Position numbers and translations under genes: made by a program. A stretch of DNA of 64,000 bases, from the NCBI RefSeq assembly GCF_009914755.1, contig NC_060930.1; one strand, written 5' to 3'. The notes beneath the pieces were generated by a model that made no database searches, had not been told where the DNA came from, and saw only the letters and a program-made list of their open reading frames with translations. Source of the stretch: the human T2T-CHM13v2.0 reference genome, Homo sapiens. Position 1 is the stretch's first letter, and the number at the start of each line of letters is the position of its first letter. Of the stretch, positions 28,206 through 41,884 are shown piece by piece.

Positions 28206-29357
28206 TAGTCAGGTGTCACCTAATGATGGGGATCCATTCTGAGAAATGCATCATTAGGCAATTTCATCAGAGTGCACCGACACACACCTGGGCGGAGCAG
28301 CCTGCTACACACCTGGGCTGCGTGGTGGAGCCTGTTGCTCCAGGGCTGCAGACCTGTGCCCTATGTGACTGTGGGGAATACTGTGGGCAACTGAAATACA
28401 ATGGTAAGTATTCGTGTATCTAAACATAAGAAAGGGACAATAGAAAATACAGTATCAAAGATTAAAAATGCTGCACCTGTTTAGGGCACTTAGCATGAAT
28501 GGGGCTTGTAGAACGGGAAGTTGCTCTGGGTGAGTCAGTGAGTGTGTGGAGCGTGAATCTGAAGGCCCAGGTCGTGACCATAACTACTGCAGGCTTTATA
28601 AACACTGTACACTTAGGATATATTAAATTTATGCAAAATAGTTTTCTTTTCGAAATAGTAGATTAACCTTAGATTACTGTAACTTTTTTATGTTATAAAC
28701 TTAAATTTTTTTAACTTTTTGACTCTTTTATAACACTTTGCTTAAAACACAAACACATTATACAGCTGTACAAAATTATTTTCTTTCTTTATATTCTCAT
28801 TCTATAAGCTTTTTTCTATTTTTTCATTTTTTTTTTTAACTTTTAAAATGTTTCTGTTAAAAACAAAGAGGCAAACACACAGTGGCCTAGGCCCACACAG
28901 GGTCAGGGTCCTCGGTGTCACTGTCTTCCCCCCAACATCTGGTCCCACTGGAAGGTCTGCAGGGGCAATGACACGCACAGAGCCGTCACCTCCTGTGATG
29001 ACAATGCCTTCTTCTGGACACCTCCCACAGGACCTGCCTGCAGCTGCTTTACAATTAACTTGTTTTTCTAATTAGTAGGAGGAGTACACTCTAAAATAAC
29101 AATAAAATGTATAGTATAGCACGCATCATCATTATCAAGTAGAATGTGCTATGCACAACTGTACGAGCTATACGTTTATACAACTGGTAACGCAGTAGGT
29201 TTGCCTATACCAGCATCACCGCAAACGCGTGAGAAATGCATTGTGCAATGACATCACAAGGCAGTAGAAGTCTTCCAGCTCCACGATCATCTCAGAGGCC
29301 CACCGTTGTCTGTGCCATCCATCATGGACTGAAACGTTGCTAAGCGACTCACGACTA
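28206..29357 (+). mobile_element. Tigger3b-like TcMar DNA transposon
   Basis: Start 'tagtcaggtgtcacctaatgatggggatccattctgagaaatgcatc', end 'gactgaaacgttgctaagcgactcacgacta'; ~1.15 kb; TA 5' flank. Confidence 0.85.
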
Positions 29358-29992
29358 CACAAAGAATAAGAGCCTCACTGCTTCCTTCTGTTGCCTGCTG
29401 GACCCCCCATTGAGTGTGTGGTCAAGGGCGCACTCCACGGTGAGTATGGGTCATCACTGCACAGTGTGTGTGTGGCCATGGACCCACTCCACGGTGTGTG
29501 TGTAACCATGGAGCCCTCCACAGGGCGTATGTGGCCAGTGAGGAAGGCAGGCATGGTTCAGCTCCTGAAGGCCTGGGCTTAGCTCTCAAGGAACCGGGCT
29601 TGGACACATTTGGCCTGTGGAGGGCTGACCCTCAGCTCCTGCCTCACACTGCCCCCATGCTCCACTGTCGGCAGCCTTTGAAGACATTTCAGGCCCCATG
29701 TCTGCCAATCTCCCAGGGCCATGTCCCAGCCACGCCAGCCTCCTCTGTTTCTGAGCAAACCAGGCTCCTCCAGCCTCAGGCCCTGAGTGTTCCACGCTGT
29801 TGGTAGCTGCCCCCACCCATGCGATTCCTCCCTTCTAGGATGGTCTCATGCAGGTGTCTCTGTCTCCCACACAGCCCAAATGCCCAGGGAGGGCTGAGCC
29901 TCTCTCAGTGGAGGGAGCCAGCCTCTGGAAGGCAGCCCCAGCTCCCGGCTCGGACGCTGACTCAGCCCTGGGAGGGGAGGGGGTTCCAGGGA

Positions 29993-30452
29993 AACTCCTC
30001 CCAGTTCGGGAGAGACACTTCCCAGCTCCGGAGAGACTCCTCCCAGCTCCGGAGAGACTCCTCCCAGCTCCGGAGAGACTCCTCCCAGCTCCAGAGAGAC
30101 ACCTCCCAGTTCCGGAGAGACTCCTCCCAGTTCCGGAGAGACTCCTCCCAGCTCCGGAGAGACTCCTCAAAGCTCCGGAGAGACTCCTCCCAGTTCTGGA
30201 GAGACACCTCCCAGTTCCGGAGCAACTCCTCCCAGTTCCGGAGAGACTCCTCCCAGCTCCGGAGAGACTCCTCCCAGCTCCGGAGAGACTCCTCCCAGTT
30301 CCAGAGAGACTCCTCCCAGTTCTGGAGAGACTCCTCCTCATTCCAGAGAGACTCCTCCCAGCTCCGGAGAGACTCCTCCCAGCTCGAGAGAGACTCCTCC
30401 CAGCTCCGGAGAGACACCTCCCAGTTCCAGAGAGACTCCTCCCAGCTCCAGG
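29993..30452. repeat. 21-bp VNTR, ~22 copies
   Basis: Unit gagagactcctcccag(c/t)tccg. Confidence 0.97.
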
Positions 30453-31849
30453 AACGTGTCTGAACGTGGTTGGCTTGTTTTCCTCTGGCCACTGCCAGGA
30501 CCCTGGGCGAAGGTTTGGCCAGCAGTGGAAGACATAGCACAGTGGCCCCAGCAGACTCCACGGTCAGCACAGAGCTCCTGCCCGGGGTCAGCCTGAGGCC
30601 CACCCTCCTCTGGCAGCTGTCGCTGGACCTGCTGCTTCAGACCACTGTACTCCAAGCTCCTGGTTTTACTGCCAAATGCACAGCACCAAGACAGCTTGAA
30701 ATACTCTTTCACTGGTCTTGATGAGAATTCACCCTTCTTGAAGTGAATTCCTTCTCTTTCTTTTCACGTGGTAGGTCCAATGTCTCCTCCTCAGAGTGGC
30801 CTTCTCTGAATCCTCTTTATTTCTGTCCCTCACAGGGAAAGCCCTGTTTATTTTGTGTCTCCACCACCCATACAGAGAAGAAAGGTCTTGAGAGGGGTGT
30901 TTGGTAGGGCCTCTCTGACCACAGCATCCTCAGAGCCCCTGAACTAGAGCTGGCCCAGGAAGGACCAAACCAGAAATCTACTTTTTCTTCTTTGTTATTT
31001 CTTTATTTAATATTAATTGCAAACAAATTTGTAATTACAAGCATGCTAAAAAATCTTTTATTAAGAGGCACATACACACTTTGCAGCTTCCAGGTGTCTG
31101 AGTTTATTGGTTACATTTTTCAAAAGGCCATCACACGACCCTGGAGAGAAGCCCCCAGCTGCCGAGCAGCAGTAGGAGGAGGGCGAGGCCACAGGACGGC
31201 ACGCGGGAGGCGCCAGCCGCAGAGAACACGCACAAGCCTGACGGCTGGAGCAGCACCACGTGCATTTCCTTAAAGAACGGAGGTGCAGATCCGGGCAGGG
31301 CGAGCTCAGGGTTGGTTAGTTCAGGAGCTCTGCGCGTCTCAGGCAGCCAGGACCCTGGGTCAAGAGAGGCTGCGATGGTCCCACCGTCACATTCAGATCT
31401 GACCATGGCCAGTGGAAGAGGAAGAGATGTGTCCTCTTGGGCTGTTTTCTCAGGGACTAGCAAACTTTGCTCGGGCCCTGTCCACCCACGTTCCCACAAA
31501 TATCAATGCCAGAATTGGGCCACACAAGCCTCCCGTGCTGGTGCCTGCGGCTGGCGGAGACAGACACGCACCACAGCAGGTGAGCACCATGCGACTGGAG
31601 TTAAAATGAAAACACCTTTCTTCTAGAAGCATGAAGGAAACATTTCAAATGATGACGCTTTGTGCTGCTGATGGTGAGTGAAACAGAACTCTCCATCCAT
31701 GGGATGTGGGCACACGACCCAGCCCCAGCTTCCTAGAAGGCAGCGGGATGGGTACAGGACGGGGACGCTGCCACCTGCCTTTGGCCCAGGACTCCCATCT
31801 CTAAGAATACATCTTAAGGAAAGAAGTAAAGTGCATATGAGCAAAAATA

Positions 31850-32180
31850 TTATGTACTGATATGTTCATTGCATTAATATTTTAAAAATTCAAATATCCA
31901 AAATTGGAATGCTTATACAAATTTTGAACTATACAAATAACCCAATATTTACATGCTATTACACTGATATTTAAGAAGAGTGTTCATTAAAATGAAAAAC
32001 AAACTTTTACCATTAAATGAAAAAAATTACATACCGTATAATGTCTACACTTGAAAAAGGAGTATATAGAAAAATAAAGGCACCCCTGCCAAGTGTTAAT
32101 AATAGTTTTCTCTGCAGGGTAGGCTTCCGGGTGATTTTCTGTATTTACACATTTTTAGCCCTCTAAATATTCTATAGTGA
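31850..32180 (+). mobile_element. L1ME-type 3' remnant
   Basis: 'tgttcattgcatt...attcaaatatccaaaattggaatg...gtgttaataatagttttctctg'. Confidence 0.5.
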
Positions 32181-32204
32181 GGGCGTCTGTAGTTGCTATT
32201 GTTT

Positions 32205-32620
32205 CCATTATCAGTTATCTATTGCCACAGTGGTAACCACAAGAAACAACCACAAACCTCTGTGCACGTAACCACCACCACTGGCACCTGCTCACCGTCG
32301 AGGTGGTGTTGGGGCAGGGCTGCTATCTGAGCTGGGGCGGAGGAGAATGAATGCATCTGCTCAGCCGGCTCGGCTGGGTGGCTTCACCTAGCTTTGCCGA
32401 GCCCCCTCCCACGCCAGCTGGGCCCCGCAGAGACTCTCAGGGCCCCAGGCAGATGCTCGTGACAGTACAGGGCTTCGTGGGAACTGCAAGAGCTCACGGC
32501 GTCTTAGGCCTCGGCTGGGCAAGGCCCCCTTCCTACCGGCCAAAGCAAGTCAGAGGCTGCGCGGCCTCCAAGGGTGGGAAAGGAGCCCCTGTTGATGAGA
32601 GGAGCTGCGGTTCGTTGCAG
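32205..32620 (-). mobile_element. Ancient ERVL/MaLR LTR remnant
   Basis: 'tcagttatctattgccaca', 'ggccaaagcaagtcagaggc', 'ttgatgagaggagctgc'. Confidence 0.45.
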
Positions 32621-34880
32621 CGACGGGACAGCAGGATGAGGACCTACAGCCAGCTTTACTTCAGTCCACGATTGAGACCCGGCTGCTGTTCTCAACAGCT
32701 GTTCCCACCATAGCCTGAAAACCCAGATATTTGCTGCCTCAGTTTCCATGGCCAGTATGGTAGTCACGTGGCCAGCTCTGGCCAATGAGACCAAGGGTAA
32801 GTCCAGAGGGGTGAGATTCTGGGAATCACTCTTCCTTCATGATTTAAAAAAACAACAACAAAGGAAGAAAAGAGGGAGAGGAAGAAGCTCACAAGACACC
32901 CCCAGCCCCCACCACAGAAGCCTCCCTGCACCCGGCCTTCCCATGTGGCCCCGTGAGGGAGGCCATAAGGCCCAGATGCAGGTGTGAACACACACCTGAA
33001 GAAGCCAGGAGAACAGCCCCGATGTGTCTCCTCCAGGGTTTCAGGGAAGAAATCAATGCCCACAGTTGAAGCCACGGTGAGCATGCCTCAGTGACTGGAT
33101 TCCCGGTGCCTCTCCAGACATAGCACAGCCCGCATGTCCATCCAGGAAAGGCGTAACTAAAGAAGAAAGCATTTAAGCAAGAAACAGATAAGTCAAAAGT
33201 CTTACAAAAATGAGAAGGCTCTAAATGATTACAGCATAACACAGAAGCTGCTTGGCAGTTTAGAATTTCACTCCCAGACAAAACTATAGTCAACTGAAGG
33301 GTATGACCTGGCTGACATGTTGTCCTGACTATTTCATGCTCTAAGTTTGCAGAAAGTGACTGTACATCACCCAGACATCTTACACAGCCCCTGGTCTGTG
33401 GAGTTTCCCGTGAAGACACAGGTGGCCTGGCATCAGGGACACACCAAGAAAGTCGGCAGCAGGGAAGGGGGCTTCGTGTCTTTCTCTCACAGGAAAAAAG
33501 GAGCAAAACAACTGTCTGAAACTGAAATGAACACGGTGCCTTAAGGTCACTTTATTGTCAAGCAGAAAATGGCCTCAAGAATTGCAAAGGGAAAGGAAGG
33601 TAGGATTTGCTGAGAGGAGTATCACATCAAGAAACCCAGTCATCCGGGGAAAGTCGGCACTTCCCGAATTCCCGCGTAATCAGTCACTGAAGAGACGGCA
33701 TGATGAGCGAACTCTGGTCTATCCGAGGCCTGGGAAGCTGGCTCAGAAGCAGCAGCTGGAGAAACACACGTATGACAGCTGTGGCATTTTGCTAAATATG
33801 TTGTCACGATGCCCCATGGCTACAAGGAAAGAGCTTAGCATGTGATGGGGAGGGTGGAAGACACCCCACAGTGCTCAGGGGGGAGGCTGAGCCTCTGCAG
33901 CCAGGTAGACCTCTTGACGGTGCAGGGCCAAGCCTCAGCTGCTTACGTCCAGACAAAGCAGGGGGAGGGTGCCTGTGTTGGCCTTGGCCAAATGAGCATG
34001 TTTTATCTGAAACAGAATCCATAGGGTGGAGTTGCTTGACACTGGCCTCCTTCCTGAATACCCTCCAGGCGAGAGGCTGCATCTGGGCTGGTCCAGGGCC
34101 GCTGGACACCCACAGTGAGCCCAGCGAGGCAGCAGGAGCGCCAGTAGGACTCAGCGTCGATCTCCCGGATTCAGAGATGACCAAGAATCGTGAAACATCT
34201 ACGTATTCACCAAGGACGCAAACAAGGCTGCAGCCATCTCAAGGAAGCTCCTGGAAATCTTCCTGCAGCCTAGAAAAATGTTACCTGAAGCACTGCAGGA
34301 AGATCCTGGGGCCAAGACAGGATTCCCGCTCCACTGAGACCCCAGCCCTGCAGGCTCCCATCCACACCCGCCCTAGGCTGCCCTGGACCCATGGCGGGCC
34401 CAGGCACACCCCACAGCCGCAGGCACCCCACAGCACGGCGCCGCATCCAGGGAGTGCCTTCCTAGGCCAACATCCTTGGGTGACACCTGTTGAATTTCGT
34501 TTTGATGATTCTTTCCTTTCAGGGTAATAACTTCTACACCTTTTTCTTGGCGTGTTTCTGTAGCCCAGGTCCAGGAATAGATTAAGCACGAGAGCGTGTG
34601 GCACCTGCTCAGCAGCCTGTGTATAGCTTATGCTTTCTCTACTGTCCCACAGGAACCGTGTGCACCTCTGCAGGATGCAGACCCACAGGGGTGGGGACAG
34701 CAGGAAGAGCAAGAGAGGCACAGAAGGGAAGGCCAGTGGAGGCCCTCCAAGCCGTCCCAAGGCAGTCTCCATTGTCGCATTCAGGCTGGGAAGGGAGGGA
34801 CAGTGGACAAGGAAGGGGTCCTGGGAATAGCAGCCAACAGGGGAGGAAGGAAAGGATGCAAAACTTCCAACAGAGCTGCT

Positions 34881-35375
34881 CAGTAGGGGAAAGACGTCTT
34901 TCCTCACCCATCCTAGGTTCACGGCTGAAGCTTCTATCACAACAGACAGATGGACAAAGGAAAGTGCACATTTTACTTCATCTAAGTTTTATGTGACACA
35001 AGAGCCTTCATAAGGAAATGCCAACCCGAAGAAACAGGCGAGCCTGAGTGTGTTTCACAGGGGGTTTGGTGAAAATGGGGCGGTGGAAGGAAAGAACAGA
35101 AGGAAGCAGCGTGATCTACTGGCAGCAAAGCGGGGGGACCTGGCAGGCCTGTGTGGCCCTTCAGCTCCCGAGCTAAGGACACTCCACTCCACATGATGGG
35201 GTGGCCACTTCTCACAGGCGGGGCTCCTAGACCAGCTTCCCGGGAGGGCCAGAGAGTCCTGCCTGACTTTTATGACCCAAGTCAGGAGAGGAGGAAGGAA
35301 GGTGAGTGTGGCTTCCTGCTTCTGCACTTTTCTCAAATAGCTTCAGCTGAAAGTATCGGGGGGTGAACCTCATCA
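34881..35375 (-). mobile_element. ERV1 solo LTR (MER34/MER39/MER49-type)
   Basis: 'ttcctcacccatcctaggttcacggctga...aagttttatgtgacacaagagccttca' and end 'cttcagctgaaagt...tgaacctcatca'; subfamily uncertain. Confidence 0.6.
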
Positions 35376-36185
35376 CCCATCACACCTCGCAGCCTATGAA
35401 CCAGCCTGGCATCACCCATCACACCCCACAGCCTGTGAACTAGCCTGGCATCACCCATCACACCCCACAGCCTGTGAACTAGCCTGGCATCACCCATCAC
35501 ACCCCACAGCCTGTGAACCAGCCTGGCATCACCCATCACAGCCCGCAGCCTATGAGCCAGCCTGGCATCACCCATCACACCCCACAGCCTGTGAACCAGC
35601 CTGGCATCACCCATCACACTCCACAGCCTGGCATCACCCATCACACCCCACAGCCTATGAACCAGCCTGGCATCACCCATCACACCCCACAGCCTGGCAT
35701 CACCCATCACACCCCACAGCCTGGCATCACCCATCACACCCCATAGCCTGGCATCACCCATCACACCCCACAGCCTATGAACCAGCCTGGCATCACCCAT
35801 CACACCTCACAGCCTGTGAACCAGCCTGGCATCACCCATCACACTCCACAGCCTATGAACCAGCCTGGCATCACCCATCACACCCCACAGCCTGGCATCA
35901 CCCATCACACCCCACAGCCTGTGAACCAGCCTGGCATCACCCATCACACCCCACAGCCTGGCATCACCCATCACAGCCCGCAGCCTATGAGCCAGCCTGG
36001 CATCACCCATCACACCCCACAGCCTATGAACCAGCCTGGCATCACCCATCACACCTCACAGCCTGTGAACCAGCCTGGCATCACCCATCACACTCCACAG
36101 CCTATGAACCAGCCTGGCATCACCGATCACACCCCACAGCCTGGCATCACCCATCACACCCCACAGCCTGTGAACCAGCCTGGCA
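35364..36185. repeat. VNTR with mixed 39-bp and 27-bp units
   Basis: gcctggcatcacccatcacaccccaca(+gcct[g/a]tgaacca). Confidence 0.97.
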
Positions 36186-37939
36186 GTTGCCGGACAGCAC
36201 AACTCAGACGCCAGGGTTGCCAGTCCCCATTCATGTGGAGAGATGGCTCTAATGGGAACGGGTGGGCAGGTGCCCCTGGGGGCAGCCCCGGCTCCTGAAA
36301 AGTGTCCATCTGGGGGGCGGCTCTTGAGTCCAGGGTGCCGCTGGGTGCCCGACACAGAGCTAAGTCCTCGATATTCATCATCCTGATCCAAAGCTCTCCC
36401 ACCTCCAAATAACCTCCCAGACGCCCTAGTGAAGGCCCTGGGGAGACGGGAGGAGTTATTTTTAAAAAGAAAAGGAAAAAGAGAACCAGGAACATTGAGG
36501 GCAATGTCATCATCAAAGACGTTCTCTGGGGCTCCAGCAAGCCATGCTGGCCTCGTTGTACAGGCATCACATGGTGACTTCAGGCTCTTAAATATCCTGT
36601 CTTCTCTCATGGAAGCTTATCACAGAGAGAGCACGGGCGAGCAATTACCTCCTCCTAATTTCCATCACATCTTGGCACCTTCCATGCAGCTGGAGTTATC
36701 TTTGTGATGCACGCTTTTTATGAATAATGAGAGTCATCGGGAAGCAAGTGCTCACCAGGGGACAGACGCAAACAAGTTTCCATCCCTTCTCCCTTTCACA
36801 CACGGATGGCAACCCCAGTTCCCTTGCTGGGTCTTTCCTGGTGGGTTTTGCAGTCACACAGCCTGCGCCATAGCATGTGTGCCTGCAGACCCCGCACCCG
36901 CTGGAGAGAGCCCAGCAGAGCCGTCTTAGTGATGCTGAGAGCCAGTTCCTTCTCTGTGTTTCAAGGAAAAGTTCCCAAAGAGACCTTGCCAAGGAAATGA
37001 AGCCTCACTACCTGGAATTTTCATAAAACAAAGGAAGAAACATAGAATTCTAGAAAGTTGGTTGGAAATGTAAGTATAATGACAGGTTTCAGGGGAGTTA
37101 GGGATCGTTCTGAACTTTTATAATTCTCAATATGATGGCATTATTATATACTAGGGGAAAAAATCAATGTGACAAAACCAGAATTAAACAGAAATGTCAC
37201 GTGTTGATGTGCAAATTGGATAATGTGCACAATGAAGTCAGGTCATTAGAATTTCTCCATAAAGGGTAGAAAGCTAAGTCCAATCAATGTTTTTAAATAA
37301 TTACTTCAAATTCTAGTAAGTGATGGCCTGTCCCTCTGGGTCACCTAAGTATGGTCTATTAATAGAAGTTCACAAAAAAGTGAGGAAGTGAAGAGTAATG
37401 ATATCAGAAGTAATGATCTGAATATTTCATTTGTATGTTTTGCAGTTGAGGGTTGCTGCGGCGTAGGAGAACAGGCCGCGCATTTGAGGGGAAAAGAAGA
37501 ATTTGGCTCCAGACTGGCTTCTCAAAGAAGCCGTGTAATTACCCTGAGCCTGTGTGCATGTGGAGACGAAGCTGGCTGGGAGAGGAGCTGAATGACATGC
37601 GGGAGGCGGTGGGGCTCCTCTTTCCCTCCTTGGGGGTTGACTGCAGCTGAGGTGACTGAACAAAGTTCTTTATTTTTCCTGTAACCCACTATTTATAAAG
37701 CTTTCCACTTCTGGCTATTTTCTGAGCCCAGGTAGCTACTTAATTTATGCACTAGACATAATCTGGAAGTGGATTTTCATTTAGGTAACCATGGCAGGCA
37801 CATTGCCACCATCATTCAGGCTGGTAGCATCCCCACCTGAGGGGTAAGAGACCGAATCATGGAGCGTTTGCACGAGTGGTGGACTCAGGATGGGACCCCA
37901 AGCCTTTTGCTTCTAAATCCACAGCTTGTTTCCATGAGA

Positions 37940-39040
37940 ATTCACTTACTGAACTTGCACTGATGTGTTTGTTCACTGCATGTGTGTTGTCTACTAGGTG
38001 CTGGGCACAGTTGTGAACTGAAGAGAATCAAAACCCTTCCTTCGTGGAATTTGCACTCCAACAAGAGAAACAGATAAGGAGCAGGAAATAGGAACACAGC
38101 GTAGGGTGTGAACAGTGACAGTAAAGCTGGCGGAGGTGCCAGGGAGAGCTGCAATTTGAAATGAAGTGGCCAGGGTAGGCCTCACCAGAAGCCGCAGCTG
38201 AGCAGGGGCGCTGAGCAGAGATGTGCTTCCAGGAGGACCCTTCTAGGCAGAGGGAGGTGAGAATGGAGAGATAGGGCCTGGGGAACTGCCTGTTATTCTG
38301 AAACAGAGAGTAAGCCATTGTGGGTATCCCCTTGCTGAGAATAAGCAGAGGTTAAGCAAGGAGACTGAGAAATAGAAGCCCGTTGCATAATGGAGGGGGA
38401 ATGAGGGTGGCTGGGACTGGTGGGGAAGTTGGAGCAGCAGCGGGCTCTGGGTCTGAACTGTGAAAGCGGAGACAGAATTTTCTGACAGCCTGGATGTGGG
38501 CGTGGAGAAGGAAAGGGGCCAGGGTGGCTCCTGGGTTGGAAGTTCCTCCCCTGGACAGGCTGGGATAGGGAGGCTGCAGGTGGCGCGGGCTGGGTGAGGG
38601 TCCTCGGTGGGTGCCAGCACAGCCGTCCCTCTCCCATGGACCCGCTGCCTGCTGGCTTCTGCCCGCCCCGCCTCACCCACCCCCAGCACTCAGTGCTCTC
38701 CTTGCCTCAGAGCCGGCCTGATTCTGCCAGGCCAGGTGCACTGCCAGGGCTAGGATGTGGATGGCAGGTGGCACGGGCTGGGTGGACAGGGAACACCTGT
38801 GAGCCCTCCCATCAGGGAGGCTGAGATGGGGTTCGGAAGATAGGTCCGGAAGAGAGAGGCATCAAGGTCATCAACGCATGAAGGGGTTTAAACCCACAGC
38901 CTGGACAAGACCACCAAGAAGGGAAAAACAAGGCCCCAAGGACTGACGCCTGGACCACGGCCACTGCGAGAGGTCGAAGGACCCAAAGGGGCAGCAGAGG
39001 AGGCAGACGTGGGCACGCTGGTGGGGAGGCAGCAAGAGCC
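37940..39040 (-). mobile_element. L2 LINE remnant (fragmented)
   Basis: 'ctaggtgctgggcacagttgtgaac', 'tggccagggtaggcctcac', 'ggatgtgggcgtggagaaggaaagggg..agggtggctcctggg'. Confidence 0.65.
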
Positions 39041-40689
39041 CTGGAGGGTGGGGCACAGGAAGCCACACAGGCAGGAGGTTGGAAGCAGGCTTGCCAGGCA
39101 CTGGCCTCCACTTCAGCCCACGGCGTCCTGGGCTGCACTCTTACTACTTACCCAAGTCCAGGGAGCCAGGACCCCTCCCACACAAGCTACGTGAAGCGGG
39201 TGACTACTTATAGATAGGCATCGAGGAACCGCAGGAGCCCAGGGCTCATAGCCAGGCAGTCCCCCAGGCTCAGGGAAGTGGCTGGGGCAGAGAGGTCTCA
39301 CCTGAATGTGCTCTATTTGCACTGTGGCTGAGGACCCCAGAAAGCATCCCGCCCTGGGTTTTATACCTTGGCGTTCCAGGACTCACTGGGGTAAAGCAGG
39401 CAAGGCCATCCTGGTTTTGGAAGGGCTGGAACAGAGCGAGGCTATTGCAGCCAGCCCCTCCCATCTCAGGACCATGAATTCCCAGCATATTCTGCAGGGA
39501 CTCGGGGGAGCACAGTGAGAGGTAGAGAGGGCTGGGTCTGTCTGAGGCCATGCAGGCGTCTCCAGGGGCAGAGACCTGTGTATCAGAGGCTGGTGGAAGA
39601 CACCTGGGAGGAAGCCTAGGAATTGAGCATTGTGGAAATGACCTTTACATTTTACATTATATTTAAAACACACTAAGGGTCCTTCTCCAAATAAAGCCAG
39701 ACCACAGAAACATCCTGCAAAACCTAATAAAACTGAACAATAAGCAACCAGTGAAAACCAGTTTTAAAACACTACAGTAACATCCAAAAAAGAAAGGCTA
39801 GCTTCATGTCATCATCTTTTAAAAGTGAAGTCCAGGAGGAAAAAGTATGGGAATCAACAACAGCCTCCTGTCCCTGAGAAATAGAACCTTGGGGAAGAGG
39901 GTAAGCGGATAGCATTCTGAGCTTTTTCACGAATAAACCTAAATTCGAAAAGAAACAACTGGTCAGCAGTTGAAGGAGAGTCTCTGGGGTTAAAGCCCTC
40001 ACCTACCTCTTACCTCCGAGGAACCCCAGAGATGAGCAGGAGGAGGAGCTGGAGAGGAAAACGAGAGGACCGACTGACCGCAGTTGTCCAGGGCGGAATA
40101 TTCTATAGCAGCAAACACTTTAGGATGGAGGGAAGGAATTGGAAAGAGAACAAGACCCCTTCAGGCACAGGGATCCTCAGGACATCCAGGGGCAACTCCC
40201 CCCTGCCCCATCCCCCTCTTTCTCTGCTTCCATGGGGATGGGAGGAGCCCACACAGGGGTCCTTGTATCTGGCAGAGAACAAACTCCTTCCTAAATCGGG
40301 GCAATAAGCGGACACCCAAGGGCATCGCCTGCAGAACGGGCTGTGCCCTGAGCTTGCAAGAGTTCCTCCACCGTCCCAGACTACTAACAAAATTGCACAA
40401 AGATGAGAGCTCCCAGCTGTACCTTCAAGCCCCACCAGAGCAGGGAGGATACAGAACCCAACAGTCCCAGGGAAGTTTCACATTCTGTTTAGGCAGAGAG
40501 AAGATTCACAGGGCTTCCCACGTTGAGTGAGCTGAAAAGGAAGGAAAGCAGGAAGGGAGGGAGGGCGGCTAGAAGAGAGAAAGGCAGGCAGACAGGCACA
40601 GGAGTATCTAGACATAGTACAGCTGAGAAGAAAAAAAAAGAGAGAGAGAAATTGCATGCAAAATACAAAGGTTAAACCTACTGTTGCAG

Positions 40690-41240
40690 CATATTGCAAG
40701 AAATTTAAAAAAGCTTCCAATAATAAATAATGTGAAAGTTAGCTAAAAATAAAGAGAGTAAGAAGTCGCTGAGAAAAGAATTCAAAAATGAAATGAGACA
40801 ACTGGAATAAAATGCAAAGAAAAATTGAAGAGATACAGAAACAAATTGAGGCTACTAATTCTTCATTAGATAAATAATACCTATATCAGAAACCACAAGG
40901 AGCCGGATAAACACAGCTAAATCCTGATTAGGTACATGCAGAAAGGGCTTATTGATAATCACAGATAATGCAATGAAAGAAAGGACAAGGGAAAAGAAAG
41001 GAATTTTAATTGGAACCACAAGAATATTTGAGCGGCTTTCTCTGAATTTTTATAGGTTTTAAAAAGTGGTCAAAAATAACAATTTCATATGATTCAACCT
41101 AATTAAATATGAAGATGAGCCCAATACAGGGACAACCGGTATATCTGAAACAGAAATAAATAGAACAGAAAAGAATATATAGATAAAATTGGAAAGATGT
41201 TCCTCAACAAGCCAAGTCTGCATCTGCAGATTAAAGGGAC
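40690..41240 (+). mobile_element. Ancient L1/HAL1-like ORF1 remnant
   Basis: Strongly A-rich, L1 ORF1-like phrasing. Confidence 0.4.
41007..41103. mobile_element. MADE2 mariner-derived MITE (right TIR clear, left degenerate)
   Basis: 'caatttcatatgattcaacctaat' resembles the MADE2 TIR. Confidence 0.6.
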
Positions 41241-41461
41241 ATTTTTCTCCTGTTCTAGGAACAACCGGCTCACAACCATTCCTCACCGAGACACGCCCGA
41301 GTGGGGTCACTGAGTCTCCAGGGTGAGAAAATGTCATGTGAGTGTCCAGGCTGGGGAAAAGCCTCCTATGAGGCAGAGGTGTCCCCTGCCCAGCTACGCT
41401 CACACCAGGCATTCCAGGTCAGGTACCGGCTCCTCCTGAGGGAAAAGACACCCAAGAGTGA

Positions 41462-41884
41462 CGGCGGACCCTTGAACAGCTCGTGGGGTAGCAGTGTCGA
41501 CGCCCCATGCAATAAAAAAAAAATCAGCTTAACTTTTGACTCCTCAAAAACGTAACTCCTCATAGCCTACTGTTGAGCAAAAGCCTTGTTGATAACATAC
41601 ACAGTTGATTAATACCTATTTTATACGTGATTTATATCATATACTGTGTTCTTATAATAAAGTGAGCTAGAGGAAAGAAAACGTTATTAAGAAAATAGTG
41701 AGAAAGAGAAAAGACATTTACTATTCATGAATTGGGGATGGATCGTCATGAGCTCTTCATCCGCGTCGTCTTCACGCTGGGGAGGCTGTGGAGGAGGAGG
41801 AAGAGGAGGGTGGCAGAGGGGGAAGAAAATCCACATATAAGTGGATCCGCACAGCTCAAAACCCTGTTGTTCAAGGCTCAGCCA
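41462..41884 (+). mobile_element. Tigger2a-like DNA transposon
   Basis: TIRs 'gacccttgaaca' / 'tgttcaaggctca'; internal 'aacttttgactcc..aaaaac..aact..catagcctactgttga'. Confidence 0.85.

Noticed and set aside
29819-30603. ORFs of 168-229 aa on both strands, one coiled-coil-like
   Set aside because: Artefact of the 21-bp VNTR.
35333-36610. QPGITHHTP / MGDARL repeat ORFs; possible CRISPR-like spacing
   Set aside because: Tandem VNTR without unique spacers in primate DNA; no cas genes.
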